A stretch of 64,000 nt of DNA from Polyangiaceae bacterium. GTDB taxonomy: Bacteria > Myxococcota_A > Polyangia > Polyangiales > Polyangiaceae. Below are positions 48,404 through 58,007 of the stretch, in pieces. The position numbers and the translations under genes were made by a program. Location of the stretch: contig JBNKBE010000018.1 in NCBI GenBank assembly GCA_050287085.1, positions 67,864-131,863 of the forward strand, read 5' to 3'. Under the pieces are notes generated by a model. The model was not told where the DNA came from, did not search any database, and saw only the letters and a program-made list of their open reading frames with translations. How positions within the stretch are numbered: position 1 is the first letter of the stretch; each line of letters begins with the position of its first letter.

Positions 48404-49609
48404 ATGCATAGACCATCAAGCACGTGGCGCCTTTCGCTGATCCTCGCGGCAAGCGCGCTGACCCTGGCAGCTTGTAACCAGGACAAGGACGATCCAAGCG
48501 TCGCCGCAGGGGGCAGCGACGCCGCGAGCGACGATGACGCCGCGGGGGGTAGCGACGCCGCGAGCGACGATGACGCCGCAGGGGGTAGCGACGCCGCGAG
48601 CGACGATGACGCCGCAGGGGGCAGCGACTCCGCGAGCGACGATGACGCCGCAGGGGGCAGCGACTCCGCGAGCGACGATGACGCTGGCGCGGCACCGATG
48701 ATGCCGGCGACCGCCGAGCCTTCGAAAGCCGCCGCAAGGGTGCTCGAAGATATTGCAGACTACTCCAGTTGGAGCAAGTTCTACGAAAACCCCGAGATCA
48801 TGGAGTCAGCGGGGCACGCGCCCGGCGGCACTCCCCTTTTCGTACTCACCTACCGCAACGACATCGTGGCTCAAGCCGAAGTCGCTGGCACTCTTCCCCT
48901 TCCCGACGGCAGTCTCATCGTGAAGGAGAATTACCCTGCGGCGGACGCGGCAATGCCGGCAGCTCTCACCGTAATGGCCAAGGTCGATAATAGTTGGTTC
49001 TGGCTACAATCCACGCCAGACGGCAAGATCATGCTGGATCCGGAGGGCAATCCGCGTGAGGGAGATGTCCCGGGTTGCATTGGCTGCCACTCGGACAATG
49101 AGAGCAACGATTTCGTCTTCTTGCACGACTTTTCCGAACCAGCCCCAGAGGGTACCGTTCCCCCCTCGGAAGATACCAGGTCCGTACTAGATTCGATCGA
49201 AGGCTACGGCGAATGGTCCACATTCTCAGAAAACTCTGAACTAATGGAGTCCTCCGGCCACGCTCCCGGCGGCAATGCACTGTTCGTACTCACCTATCGC
49301 AACAGCGTTGTGGAACAGGCGGAAAAGGACGGCACCTTGCCACTCCCCGACGGCAGCCTTCTCGTCAAAGAAAACTATCCCTCGGCGGATGCTGAGTCGC
49401 CAGCGGCTCTGACCATCATGGCGAAGCGCGAAGGCGAGTGGTACTGGGCTCAAACGACTCCCGAGGGGCGGGTCCTTAGCGATCCAGAAGGCAATCCGGT
49501 GGAAGGCACGGACGTCGCCATGTGTAAGAACTGTCACATGATGGTCGAGGACAACGACTTCGTCTTTCTGCACGACTTCTCCCAGCCGCTTGACTCGAGC
49601 GCAAACTAG
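48404..49609 (+). CDS. Lipoprotein with two tandem cytochrome P460-family domains
   Basis: Lipobox LAA-C; two copies of LPDGSL(I/L)VKENY...MAK...W(F/Y)W...CxxCH (CIGCH, CKNCH)...NDFVF. Confidence 0.88.
   Translation: MHRPSSTWRLSLILAASALTLAACNQDKDDPSVAAGGSDAASDDDAAGGSDAASDDDAAGGSDAASDDDAAGGSDSASDDDAAGGSDSASDDDAGAAPMMPATAEPSKAAARVLEDIADYSSWSKFYENPEIMESAGHAPGGTPLFVLTYRNDIVAQAEVAGTLPLPDGSLIVKENYPAADAAMPAALTVMAKVDNSWFWLQSTPDGKIMLDPEGNPREGDVPGCIGCHSDNESNDFVFLHDFSEPAPEGTVPPSEDTRSVLDSIEGYGEWSTFSENSELMESSGHAPGGNALFVLTYRNSVVEQAEKDGTLPLPDGSLLVKENYPSADAESPAALTIMAKREGEWYWAQTTPEGRVLSDPEGNPVEGTDVAMCKNCHMMVEDNDFVFLHDFSQPLDSSAN
48503..48682. repeat. 5 x 36-bp in-frame tandem repeat encoding AAGGSD(A/S)ASDDD
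   Basis: Near-identical contiguous units gccgcagggggcagcgacgccgcgagcgacgatgac, no spacers. Confidence 0.95.
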
Positions 49610-49721
49610 CGCCTGCCCGGGGGGTCATCACCCGCTAGACGTGAACCCCGTTTCTCAGCGGAGAGGCGGGGCTCGCACGGAACGTGCAGCACACGCAAGT
49701 GCTCTCCGAGGCTCCTTAGCG

Positions 49722-52700
49722 TCACACTAAGCGAGCGCCGTGCGCAAGCGTAGCGATAGCCCCTCTCAGCCTCTCAAAACGGGCCGGCTCGAGCTCTACC
49801 TCTAGCAATGCAGAGTGCAGCGCTTCCGGTAGCCAACATTGAAGCGGTGCCAGCAGTCGTCCTGCCAACCAGGCTGCCTGTCTTGTATCGTCGGCGTCGA
49901 TCTTGTCGCGTTCAGCCAACGCGACAAGCCAAGGCATTGCCGCTGTCCACGAAAAAGGATAACGGCTACTGGCCTCATCCCATACGGCAAATGACTCGCG
50001 CGCAAGCTCCGCCGCTTGACCTAGCTGTCCGTCTCGCAATGCAGCCCAAGCCAAATTGGCGATCGCCGCCCCGACGTAGTCGACGTGTTGGTGTTCCTCA
50101 GCCTGAGAGCGGAGCTCAGAACTCAAGCGCCGGCAGCGCTGCAACTGGCCCATGCGCCGCAAACTGATGCACAGATAGTTCTTTGCCCGAAGCTGAAGTG
50201 TCACATCAGAAACAGCAACGCCGACAGCCAACGCCTGTTCAAATCCAGCACAGGCGTCGGCCACCTTGTCCTCCTGGTCGGAAAACAACCGAGCCATGTT
50301 CATCAAGAAACCAGTCATGCCGACGCCCTGACGGTCGCGCGCCTGCTGGAACACACTCATGGCCCGTTCCAGATCCCGTTCGACGTCCTCATTGGCTCGA
50401 TAACACAACAATCTCAATCGTGCGAAGGCACGATGACCTAGAAACTGTCCGAGCTGCTGCAACGTACCAACGCTCTCTGCGAGCGGCTCAACGAGTGCAG
50501 CCAGCTCGAGCAACTCCTCCACTTGACCCGAGAAGTAGTAGCTCAACATCTGAGTCAACCGTATCTGAAGCCAAACCGGAGCGGCCGGCGCCCGTGCATT
50601 TGGGGGGGCATGCCCCACGTGCCGCAAGGCCGAGGCTAGCCATGCACGGGCTGCATCGGGCTCGGACATGACAGTCTGGGCCAGCTTGCACTCCAGACGG
50701 GCTGCGTCGAGCTCGTCGAAGCTGAGCGCTAGCGCACGCGAGTAGGCTTCGATCGCAGTGCGCTCCCGTTGCAGCATCTGACACACGTCGCCTAGAGTCT
50801 CGTTGATGCGCAACTGCTCCGGCTTCGTCGCTCCGCCTGAGTCGGCAACTAGGGATGCAGCGAGCGAAAGCAGGCGAGCTGCCTCACGAAAACGCAGCTC
50901 CGAAATCGCCAGGCGCGCCCCTCGCTCCAAGGCGACAACACTCTCGGATACGCGATCAAGTGCTAGAAGATGACGTCCATGTGCTTCGAACTGCGCTGCA
51001 GTCGGGGACTGGAGAGCACCCAGATAGGAGGCTGCAAGTCCGTGAAAAACAGCGCGCGCATCCGAGTCCACCCGCGACATGAGTCGCTCTCGCAACGCTG
51101 GATACACGAAGCGCAGGTGGTCGTCGGGGGCGTGTGCCAGGACACCTGCGGTCAGAAGATCCGAAACGGCCCCCTGATACTCGCCCACACCCAATCCAGA
51201 AACGTGTTCGGCCAGTGCAGACTCAAAGGACTCACCGATGATACAAGCGGCCTGCAACAGCTTTTCAGCCGACGGAGACAATCCTGGCAGTCGACGTCCA
51301 ACCAGTTCCAGCAAAAGCTCCGGCGCCGTTACCACGCCGTCTAGCGCCGACAAGCCAGAATGCAGCATCCGCCAGGCGCGCTGCTCGGCAAAGACGAGCA
51401 CCCCCCCAGCAATCGCCGAACGCATCCACTCTCCCACAAGCCGCGGGTTCCCTCCCGCCCGTGCATCAAGGAACTCCGAAAGCTCGCCGGGCAAAGAATC
51501 GACGCCCAACATGGCACGCGCCATCGCGTGAACGCGGTTTGCGTCCAGTGGCCCCAGATTCAAACTGGGCGAGACGGCGGGTTCACACTGCGAGAGCAGT
51601 AGCAACATGTTGTGGTTGGCGGCCTCTGCCGCCAGGCGGGACACGAGCTCCTGGCACAATTCCCCCGCCGCGTCAGCATCGTCAACCAACACCACGAGCG
51701 CGCGCTGCCCGGATTGAGCCATCACCGCGCGAGCGATGGCGGCCACCAACTGCCGGCGCGCCGAGGGCAACTCGGGCCCCGCTTGAGCTGCACCACGCAG
51801 TCCGGACAGCTGCGCCCTCAGCGCATCGGTAGACAGGGACGCATCGGTCGCAAGGACGTCAAGCTGCCAAAACAGGTCTTCCAAAGCGGTGGAGTCGTCC
51901 CCGGAGCGCAGCCCGACAACGTTCAGTCCAATGCCGCGCGCCAGCGTCGCCGCCTCATTTAGCAAGCGCGTCTTGCCGCAACCGCGTTCGCCGCAAACAG
52001 TTAATGTACTCCCGTCCCCTTTGCGAGCTCGATGACACCCTCGCACAACAGCTTGGAGAGCACCCCCGCGCCCAACAAAAGGCGACCGAAATAGACCCCG
52101 CGGGCTCCTGGCTGGAGCGGAGCGGTCAATGTCGCCAAGCTGATGCAGAACGGCAAGCACCTCCTCAGCGCTGCCATAGCGATCTCGCGGGTCCTTGGTG
52201 AGCAAGCGCTCCACCAGTGAACACAACACCTGGGGAACGTCAGGAGCCACCTGTGCAAGGGGTGTCAGCGGCTGCTCCACATGCGCTAGACGCATGGCTT
52301 CGCGGCTGAGCCGACCGAACGGATGTTTACCCGCAATCCACTCGTACATCAGGCAGCCAAGCGCGTAGAGATCTGCGCGCAAGTCCGCATGTCCATGGGT
52401 TAACTGCTCGGGCGCCATATAGGCGACGCTGCCCAAGTGGCTGGGTCGGAGCTCCAACTGCTCATGCCCCGGCGTCACGGGTCCGGCCAGACCAAGGTCA
52501 ACGAGGACAGGCTGCTCAACACTGGTAAGAAATACGTTGTCGGGCTTCAGATCGCCGTGCCGCAAGCCAAGGTGGTGAAGGTGAGCTAGAGCTGACGCCA
52601 GCCCGCCGAAGACTCGAACGGTCTTCGTCACGTCGAATTCTGCAAGCTGGCGAAGCCACGGGATTCCTGCTCCGGCGCGTACAGGCCGTGGACTAGAATC

Positions 52701-53141
52701 CGGAGCCGACTTCGTTCCAGACTCAGCAGGCGCCTCTTCCCGCGCGTCACACTCTACCGCCGCACCGGTCTGGGTTGCTTCGGTCTCCGTTTCCGCGCGT
52801 GCGGGCCAGCCACGGGCGCGCTGACGCAACGCGTCGTACAACGTGGGCCCCTGCAGAAGGTCCATCGCATACCAGGGAAATTGTCCTTCGCGCCCGAACT
52901 CCACCAGACCTACGATGCCCGGATGGTGCGTCCTGGAAAGAGCCCCCACCTCTTGCTGTAGCGCGGCCACCCTCGACGATGTTGCCTGCAGCACCACCTT
53001 CAGAGCCACGACCCGACCGGAGTCTTCACGCGTCGCACGATAGACCCGACCCATGCCCCCCTGGCCCAGAAGATTGCCCAGGCGATAGGGACCGATCTGG
53101 CCGCCTAGGGATGGCTCGGAATCGCTAGCTAGCTGACCCAT
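49722..53141 (-). CDS. Ser/Thr kinase - AAA/STAND-like ATPase - TPR fusion protein
   Basis: LGQGGMG, HGDLKPDN and YMAPEQ; FVGR, Walker A GERGCGKTRL, Walker B-like VLVDD and GGNP; helical repeat C-terminus. Confidence 0.9.
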   Translation of the reverse strand: MGQLASDSEPSLGGQIGPYRLGNLLGQGGMGRVYRATREDSGRVVALKVVLQATSSRVAALQQEVGALSRTHHPGIVGLVEFGREGQFPWYAMDLLQGPTLYDALRQRARGWPARAETETEATQTGAAVECDAREEAPAESGTKSAPDSSPRPVRAGAGIPWLRQLAEFDVTKTVRVFGGLASALAHLHHLGLRHGDLKPDNVFLTSVEQPVLVDLGLAGPVTPGHEQLELRPSHLGSVAYMAPEQLTHGHADLRADLYALGCLMYEWIAGKHPFGRLSREAMRLAHVEQPLTPLAQVAPDVPQVLCSLVERLLTKDPRDRYGSAEEVLAVLHQLGDIDRSAPARSPRGLFRSPFVGRGGALQAVVRGCHRARKGDGSTLTVCGERGCGKTRLLNEAATLARGIGLNVVGLRSGDDSTALEDLFWQLDVLATDASLSTDALRAQLSGLRGAAQAGPELPSARRQLVAAIARAVMAQSGQRALVVLVDDADAAGELCQELVSRLAAEAANHNMLLLLSQCEPAVSPSLNLGPLDANRVHAMARAMLGVDSLPGELSEFLDARAGGNPRLVGEWMRSAIAGGVLVFAEQRAWRMLHSGLSALDGVVTAPELLLELVGRRLPGLSPSAEKLLQAACIIGESFESALAEHVSGLGVGEYQGAVSDLLTAGVLAHAPDDHLRFVYPALRERLMSRVDSDARAVFHGLAASYLGALQSPTAAQFEAHGRHLLALDRVSESVVALERGARLAISELRFREAARLLSLAASLVADSGGATKPEQLRINETLGDVCQMLQRERTAIEAYSRALALSFDELDAARLECKLAQTVMSEPDAARAWLASALRHVGHAPPNARAPAAPVWLQIRLTQMLSYYFSGQVEELLELAALVEPLAESVGTLQQLGQFLGHRAFARLRLLCYRANEDVERDLERAMSVFQQARDRQGVGMTGFLMNMARLFSDQEDKVADACAGFEQALAVGVAVSDVTLQLRAKNYLCISLRRMGQLQRCRRLSSELRSQAEEHQHVDYVGAAIANLAWAALRDGQLGQAAELARESFAVWDEASSRYPFSWTAAMPWLVALAERDKIDADDTRQAAWLAGRLLAPLQCWLPEALHSALLEVELEPARFERLRGAIATLAHGARLV

Positions 53142-53838
53142 AATAGCGCTCTCCGATTCTCCGCACATAGGCAACCAGGTTGCTGTGGGTCTCGGCGCGC
53201 AAGGTCAGAGGTGTCTTCGTTTCGGGGATCAGAATGCACGCCAAGAAGCCGTATAGCGTCGCATCGAGCGACGTCGGCTCGTCCCCGAAGAAGTATTGCT
53301 TGTCCCCTAGCAGGGTGGCGAGGTGGTCGACATCGTGGCCTGCGCGTTCGTAGATCTCTTCTCGGCTGTGACGCCCCATTCCATGTCCCCGCAGGTCCGA
53401 TCTGACCTTGCGCTGCAACATCCCGCCAACCAGGCCGCGAAGCAGCGCCGGGACGCTAGCCAAGAAGACTTCTTTGCCAACGCTCCAGGAAGGTTCGTCA
53501 ATGAGACGGCTATAGGTCATACCCCAATACAGGTGTTCTTCTACCATTCGGCGCACGGCCGTAGCGAGCGCTCGTTGCTCCGCTGTTAGGCCCGAATCCG
53601 GATCACGCCGGCCACTAGCGACCCAGTAGGCGATGATGGCTTCCGAGTCAGCGATGCGTCGGCCATCGATCTCAAGGACCGGTAGTTTGCCCTTTGGCGT
53701 GCTCCTCGGGTCGGCCGCCACAACCTCGTAGGGCTGCCCCACGAAGCGAAGATAGGTGCCCACCTTGCAACAAAATGGGCTTGCACTCGGCAAACCAAAA
53801 GCAGCGGGAAACTGGTGTAGCCTGGGAAGGTCGCTCAT
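53125..53838 (-). CDS. Glutathione S-transferase family protein (metaxin/FAX-like)
   Basis: SASPFCCKV, PKGKLP, IADSEAI and YFFGDEPTSLDA motifs. Confidence 0.92.
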   Translation of the reverse strand: MSDLPRLHQFPAAFGLPSASPFCCKVGTYLRFVGQPYEVVAADPRSTPKGKLPVLEIDGRRIADSEAIIAYWVASGRRDPDSGLTAEQRALATAVRRMVEEHLYWGMTYSRLIDEPSWSVGKEVFLASVPALLRGLVGGMLQRKVRSDLRGHGMGRHSREEIYERAGHDVDHLATLLGDKQYFFGDEPTSLDATLYGFLACILIPETKTPLTLRAETHSNLVAYVRRIGERYYGSAS

Positions 53839-54050
53839 AGAAATCTGGCTCAAAACGACGTCTAGGGCACCACAGGGACTCAAAAAGGTCCAAACGAAAC
53901 TCCCACCCCCGGCCCCGCGTTCTCCCGGTCTTGCCCGTCCTTGGTAAAAAGCTCTCCAAATCGCTCGTCTCACGCTCATCGGCGTGCGCCACGATTGTGG
54001 TCCTTGGGCGACTGCCTTACTTTGAAAGTCACCTATCGGGAGGAGAGCAC

Positions 54051-55526
54051 ATGCAGGAAACGACCCCAAAGTATCAACAGAATCAACCCTCGACCGTTGG
54101 CGGCAGAGCCGGACAGTCGCCGTCCGACAGCGGGCAGGCCGTTGAGTCGCCGACCATGTATCTGCATGCGAATCTGTACGTAAAGCCTGAAAATCAAGAG
54201 GAATTCGCGACCCTTTCGCCGCTGTACGCAGAGGTAATATTCCAACGGTACGGCTACGAGCTCGTGCATGCCTCCTACCCCCAGACCGGCGTGGTAGACG
54301 TGTTTCGACACGTCTGGCGAGTGGCCCCAGACCGCGGCCTGGGTGACGTCATGATAGCCACAGCCAAAGAAGCCAAACGCGAGGTCGAACGCGAAACGCG
54401 TTTGGAAGCCGCCATTGAGCTACTAGACGCCGCCAAGAGCCGCCTCTCCGGCCAGCATGCGACTGCGTCGAAAAGCGCATTGAGCGAGTCCGAAGCCGCC
54501 GCTCTGAAGCTGCTTCGGGCCGGCACCCCAACGGAGCACAACCCCCTGCCTCCCCGCAAGGTCAGCAACAGATGCTTCAGCAGACTGACACGCGCGCTGG
54601 AGGCGATCGATACGCCCATTGCTAGAGACCTAGTCGGGCTTTGCTCACTCTACCACGACGAGTTCGACCGGCAGCAGAAGCAACACAACTCCAACAGCTG
54701 GGCGATGGCCACCGCCGAGGCTGCCGACGGCTTCACCGAGCTCGCAGGACGATTGGCACTCGCGGCCTATGAAGAGGCTACCAGTCACAACGCCACGCGC
54801 TACGAAGCCTACGCAGGAGTCGCAACGATCGCGATTGAATTGGCGCGCCGCAATCGAACGATACCAGGGGTACCCTCGCCATTTACACGCATCCAGCAAC
54901 TGATCGATCGCACCGAACAGCAGCTGACGACTGCCCTACCTTACGATCCCGTCTACTTCGGTCAACAGAGCCAGACCATCATCGTCGCGGACGCCTCGGG
55001 GGCCCAACCCGACGTTCAGCTCTGGCTCATCGAGCATAAGGAGCTCAAGGCGCAAGAGCAGTTGCAAGTTCCGAGTGAACTGCGCGACACACCACGCTGG
55101 CGCACCCTGCTGCAGCATGGCGCCACGGTGGCGACCCTGGACGAAAACTCCAAGCTCTTCAACATCGCAGGGCTGCGCTCCAAGTCCGTCTTTCAGCGCC
55201 AGCAACACGCCGTTCCAGGGGACACGCTCAAAGGTGCGCCAGACGATGAGCCGCCGACCATAAAGGACGTCTATCTACCCATGCCCTGGGGTGAGATCTA
55301 CAAGTTGGATGGCGCAGCTGTCGCCCGGATTGGGCGCAAGTTGACGGAGACCGAACACGAGCACACCAAACAGCTCATGCACGAGCTGCTCGCGGCCAAA
55401 GTGGAGCTCGCCGCCATACCGGAAGTTCGCGAGGAGGACATTGGGCAGGGCTATTATTGCTACGTCGTCAATCTCTCGAGCTATGTGCCCCCTTCGGAGG
55501 AAGCAGCAACGGCTGCAGCCGAGTAG
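54051..55526 (+). CDS. Uncharacterised YcaO/TfuA-associated protein: interrupted NIPSNAP-like domain plus two C-terminal repeats
   Basis: SD GGAGGAG before ATG 54051; 491-aa ORF co-oriented with ycaO-tfuA. Confidence 0.8.
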   Translation: MQETTPKYQQNQPSTVGGRAGQSPSDSGQAVESPTMYLHANLYVKPENQEEFATLSPLYAEVIFQRYGYELVHASYPQTGVVDVFRHVWRVAPDRGLGDVMIATAKEAKREVERETRLEAAIELLDAAKSRLSGQHATASKSALSESEAAALKLLRAGTPTEHNPLPPRKVSNRCFSRLTRALEAIDTPIARDLVGLCSLYHDEFDRQQKQHNSNSWAMATAEAADGFTELAGRLALAAYEEATSHNATRYEAYAGVATIAIELARRNRTIPGVPSPFTRIQQLIDRTEQQLTTALPYDPVYFGQQSQTIIVADASGAQPDVQLWLIEHKELKAQEQLQVPSELRDTPRWRTLLQHGATVATLDENSKLFNIAGLRSKSVFQRQQHAVPGDTLKGAPDDEPPTIKDVYLPMPWGEIYKLDGAAVARIGRKLTETEHEHTKQLMHELLAAKVELAAIPEVREEDIGQGYYCYVVNLSSYVPPSEEAATAAAE

Positions 55527-55633
55527 CGGCTACCGGGCGTCGACCGTCTCCACTGACAATGCGGCGGCGCTCCGCGGTCCTTCAAGACGGCTGAGAGCCC
55601 ACCTCACGTAGACTACGCTCAGCCCCAATACCG

Positions 55634-56860
55634 ATGCTTGACAAGGCCTTTCGCGAGGGTACTCACCGCTCATGCCATCCCGAGGCCACGTGGGCTCGGG
55701 TAGCACCGTGGCTCTCGGCGATGGGCATCACCCGGGTCGCTGACATCACCGGCCTTGACACGGTTGGAGTCCCCGTATTTGCGGTGTACCGCCCAAACTC
55801 GCGCTCGGTATCCGTTTCACAAGGCAAAGGCACGACGCTTGCGGCGGCTCGGGTCAGCGGCGTAATGGAAGCCATCGAAGGCTACCACGCCGAGACGATC
55901 GAGCGGCCGCTCTTGTACGCCAGCCATGAACAGCTGGCCCCCCGCTATGCCATCGTGGACATCGATTCGCTCCCCAAGAGCCGGGTCCGCAGCTTCCGCT
56001 CAGACGCCAAACGCCATTGGGTGACGGGCGTCGACATCAGTGCGGAAGCGGAAGTGCTCGTCCCTTACGATGTCGTCCACACGGACTTCAGCTTACCACT
56101 GCTGCCCGAAGCTGGGTGTTTCATGCTGAACTCAAACGGGCTTGCTTCCGGAAATGACCTAACGGAAGCGCTGCTGCACGGCGCGTGTGAAGTCGTTGAG
56201 CGCGACGCCAACGCGCTCTTCAGCGCGACCCCCATCGCCGCTCGAGCCCCGCGCCGCGTCGACCTCAGCACCATCGACGACCCGCAGTGCCAAGCGCTGA
56301 TCGAGCATTTTGAACAGGCCGGGCTACTGGTTGCGGTGTGGGATCTGACAACGGACATCGGACTCGCTTCTTTGCGGGCAGAGTTGGTCGACGCGAGGGC
56401 AGAACCGTTTCGTGTCCTGCCTCCGTCGAGCGGAACCGGCTGCCATCCATCCCGGACCATTGCCCTGAGCCGAGCCCTGACGGAGGCCGCCCAAGGACGG
56501 CTGACCCTCATCGCTGGCAATCGCGACGACCTCAGCCGAAAGGCATACACCGAGACGAACCAGACCGCTCTTTGCGAAGCCACCCGCCAACGAATTTTGG
56601 CAAACACTGGGAGCCGCCAGTTTAGCGCTGTTCCTCACTTCGACTCGCCGGATCTCGAAGCCGACTTTGAACACGTCCGAGACCGTCTGCGTTCCGCGGG
56701 AGCCGGCAACGTCGTTGCCGTCGACCTGACCCAAGCGCGATTCGGCATTCCGGTCGTTCGCGTCATCATCAGCGGATTGGAGGGAATTGCAGAAGCGCCG
56801 GATTACTTCCCTGGGCACCGGGCGCAAGCGCAACACAGGCGCGGTGGCTACCGTGCATAA
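55634..56860 (+). CDS. ycaO: YcaO family protein, TfuA-associated thioamide-forming type
   Basis: GITRVADITGLD, SQGKG, MEAIE, SNGLASGN, EVVERDA, RALTEAAQGRL and PVVRV motifs; no C-terminal PxPxP. Confidence 0.95.
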   Translation: MLDKAFREGTHRSCHPEATWARVAPWLSAMGITRVADITGLDTVGVPVFAVYRPNSRSVSVSQGKGTTLAAARVSGVMEAIEGYHAETIERPLLYASHEQLAPRYAIVDIDSLPKSRVRSFRSDAKRHWVTGVDISAEAEVLVPYDVVHTDFSLPLLPEAGCFMLNSNGLASGNDLTEALLHGACEVVERDANALFSATPIAARAPRRVDLSTIDDPQCQALIEHFEQAGLLVAVWDLTTDIGLASLRAELVDARAEPFRVLPPSSGTGCHPSRTIALSRALTEAAQGRLTLIAGNRDDLSRKAYTETNQTALCEATRQRILANTGSRQFSAVPHFDSPDLEADFEHVRDRLRSAGAGNVVAVDLTQARFGIPVVRVIISGLEGIAEAPDYFPGHRAQAQHRRGGYRA

Positions 56861-58007
56861 GGCCGTCCACCTCTTTGTTGGCCCCACCCTGAGAGCCCCC
56901 GTCCGCGAGCTGGGCGTGCACGTCCACGGCCCCGCAGCCCAGGGCGACATCTATCGCGTAGCCCTGCAACGCCCCTTGGCAATCGGCATCGTCGATGGCT
57001 ACTTCGAACGTCAACCCGCCGTCTGGCACAAAGAGATTCTGTTCGCGTTGTCGCAAGGAATCCTGGTTCTAGGAGCCGCTAGCATGGGCGCTTTGCGCGC
57101 GGCGGAATTGACAGCCTTCGGCATGCGCGGCGTGGGAGCCATCTACCATCGATTCGCTTCCGGAGAGCTCACGGACGACGACGAGGTAACCGTCTCACAC
57201 GCAGGAGCCGATGAAGACTACAAGGCGACGTCTCAGGCCATGGTCAACATTCGTGCGACCCTCGAAAAGGCCCGCGCAGTCTCTATCATCTCGTCCGACA
57301 CTGAGTCATTGTTGATCGACTACTTCAAGAGCCTTTGGTACCCCGATCGACATCTGGCGGTGCTACAGAGCCGCACGCCACCGCCCCAGCGAAAGCGCTT
57401 CGGCAGCCGCCTTCCGGCGCGCCCGGTGGGACCTGAGGTGGAGGCGCTGGCAAAGTGGTGGCGTCAGCCTGGACACTTCGTAGACGCCAAGCAAGAAGAT
57501 GCCATCGCGCTCCTTGAAATGCTGGCGGCGTTGCACACACAACCGATCCCTTCACTGAGCGAAGGACCGTGGACGTTCCACCGTACCGACGCGTGGGAGC
57601 AAGTACGGCTCGCGATGCTTCAGCCCGCGACCAATGCCGCCGAGCCCAACGGCCCTGCCGGAACGGAAAGCGCCAACCATTTTTCGGAAGAACGCACTCT
57701 GAAAGCGCGCTCCGAGCTCGAGTTGCGAACAGAACGTCGCGTGGCCCTCGCTACGCTTGGCAAACACCTCGGGCTGAGCCCAGACGCGTATCGAAGTCGC
57801 GTCATGCAGCGTTTCATGCACGAGCATGAACTCAACACTGAACGTGACGTCTCCACGTGGCTCTCAGAACGAAATCTGACAGGCCCTATGCTCACGCAGA
57901 GACTAGCTGAGGAAGCCCTCGCCGAATGCACTGCTGAGGTGCTGCAGGCGAGAAGCGACGACGCCCTGCAAGCAACACTAGACCTACTCCCGACCCCGAA
58001 GCTCTAG
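56853..58007 (+). CDS. tfuA: TfuA-like protein with a C-terminal helical extension
   Basis: FVGPTL, PAAQGD, IVDGYF...AVWHKEIL, GAASMGALRAAEL and DDDEV motifs; GTG overlaps the ycaO stop. Confidence 0.95.
   Translation: MHKAVHLFVGPTLRAPVRELGVHVHGPAAQGDIYRVALQRPLAIGIVDGYFERQPAVWHKEILFALSQGILVLGAASMGALRAAELTAFGMRGVGAIYHRFASGELTDDDEVTVSHAGADEDYKATSQAMVNIRATLEKARAVSIISSDTESLLIDYFKSLWYPDRHLAVLQSRTPPPQRKRFGSRLPARPVGPEVEALAKWWRQPGHFVDAKQEDAIALLEMLAALHTQPIPSLSEGPWTFHRTDAWEQVRLAMLQPATNAAEPNGPAGTESANHFSEERTLKARSELELRTERRVALATLGKHLGLSPDAYRSRVMQRFMHEHELNTERDVSTWLSERNLTGPMLTQRLAEEALAECTAEVLQARSDDALQATLDLLPTPKL

Noticed and set aside
48503..48682. CRISPR array (36-bp repeats)
   Set aside because: Repeats are contiguous with no spacers, lie in frame within a CDS, and no cas genes are present.
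53839..54069. Overlapping N-terminal extensions of the GST and the 531-aa ORF
   Set aside because: Better starts at 53838 and 54051 remove the overlap and leave a divergent promoter region.
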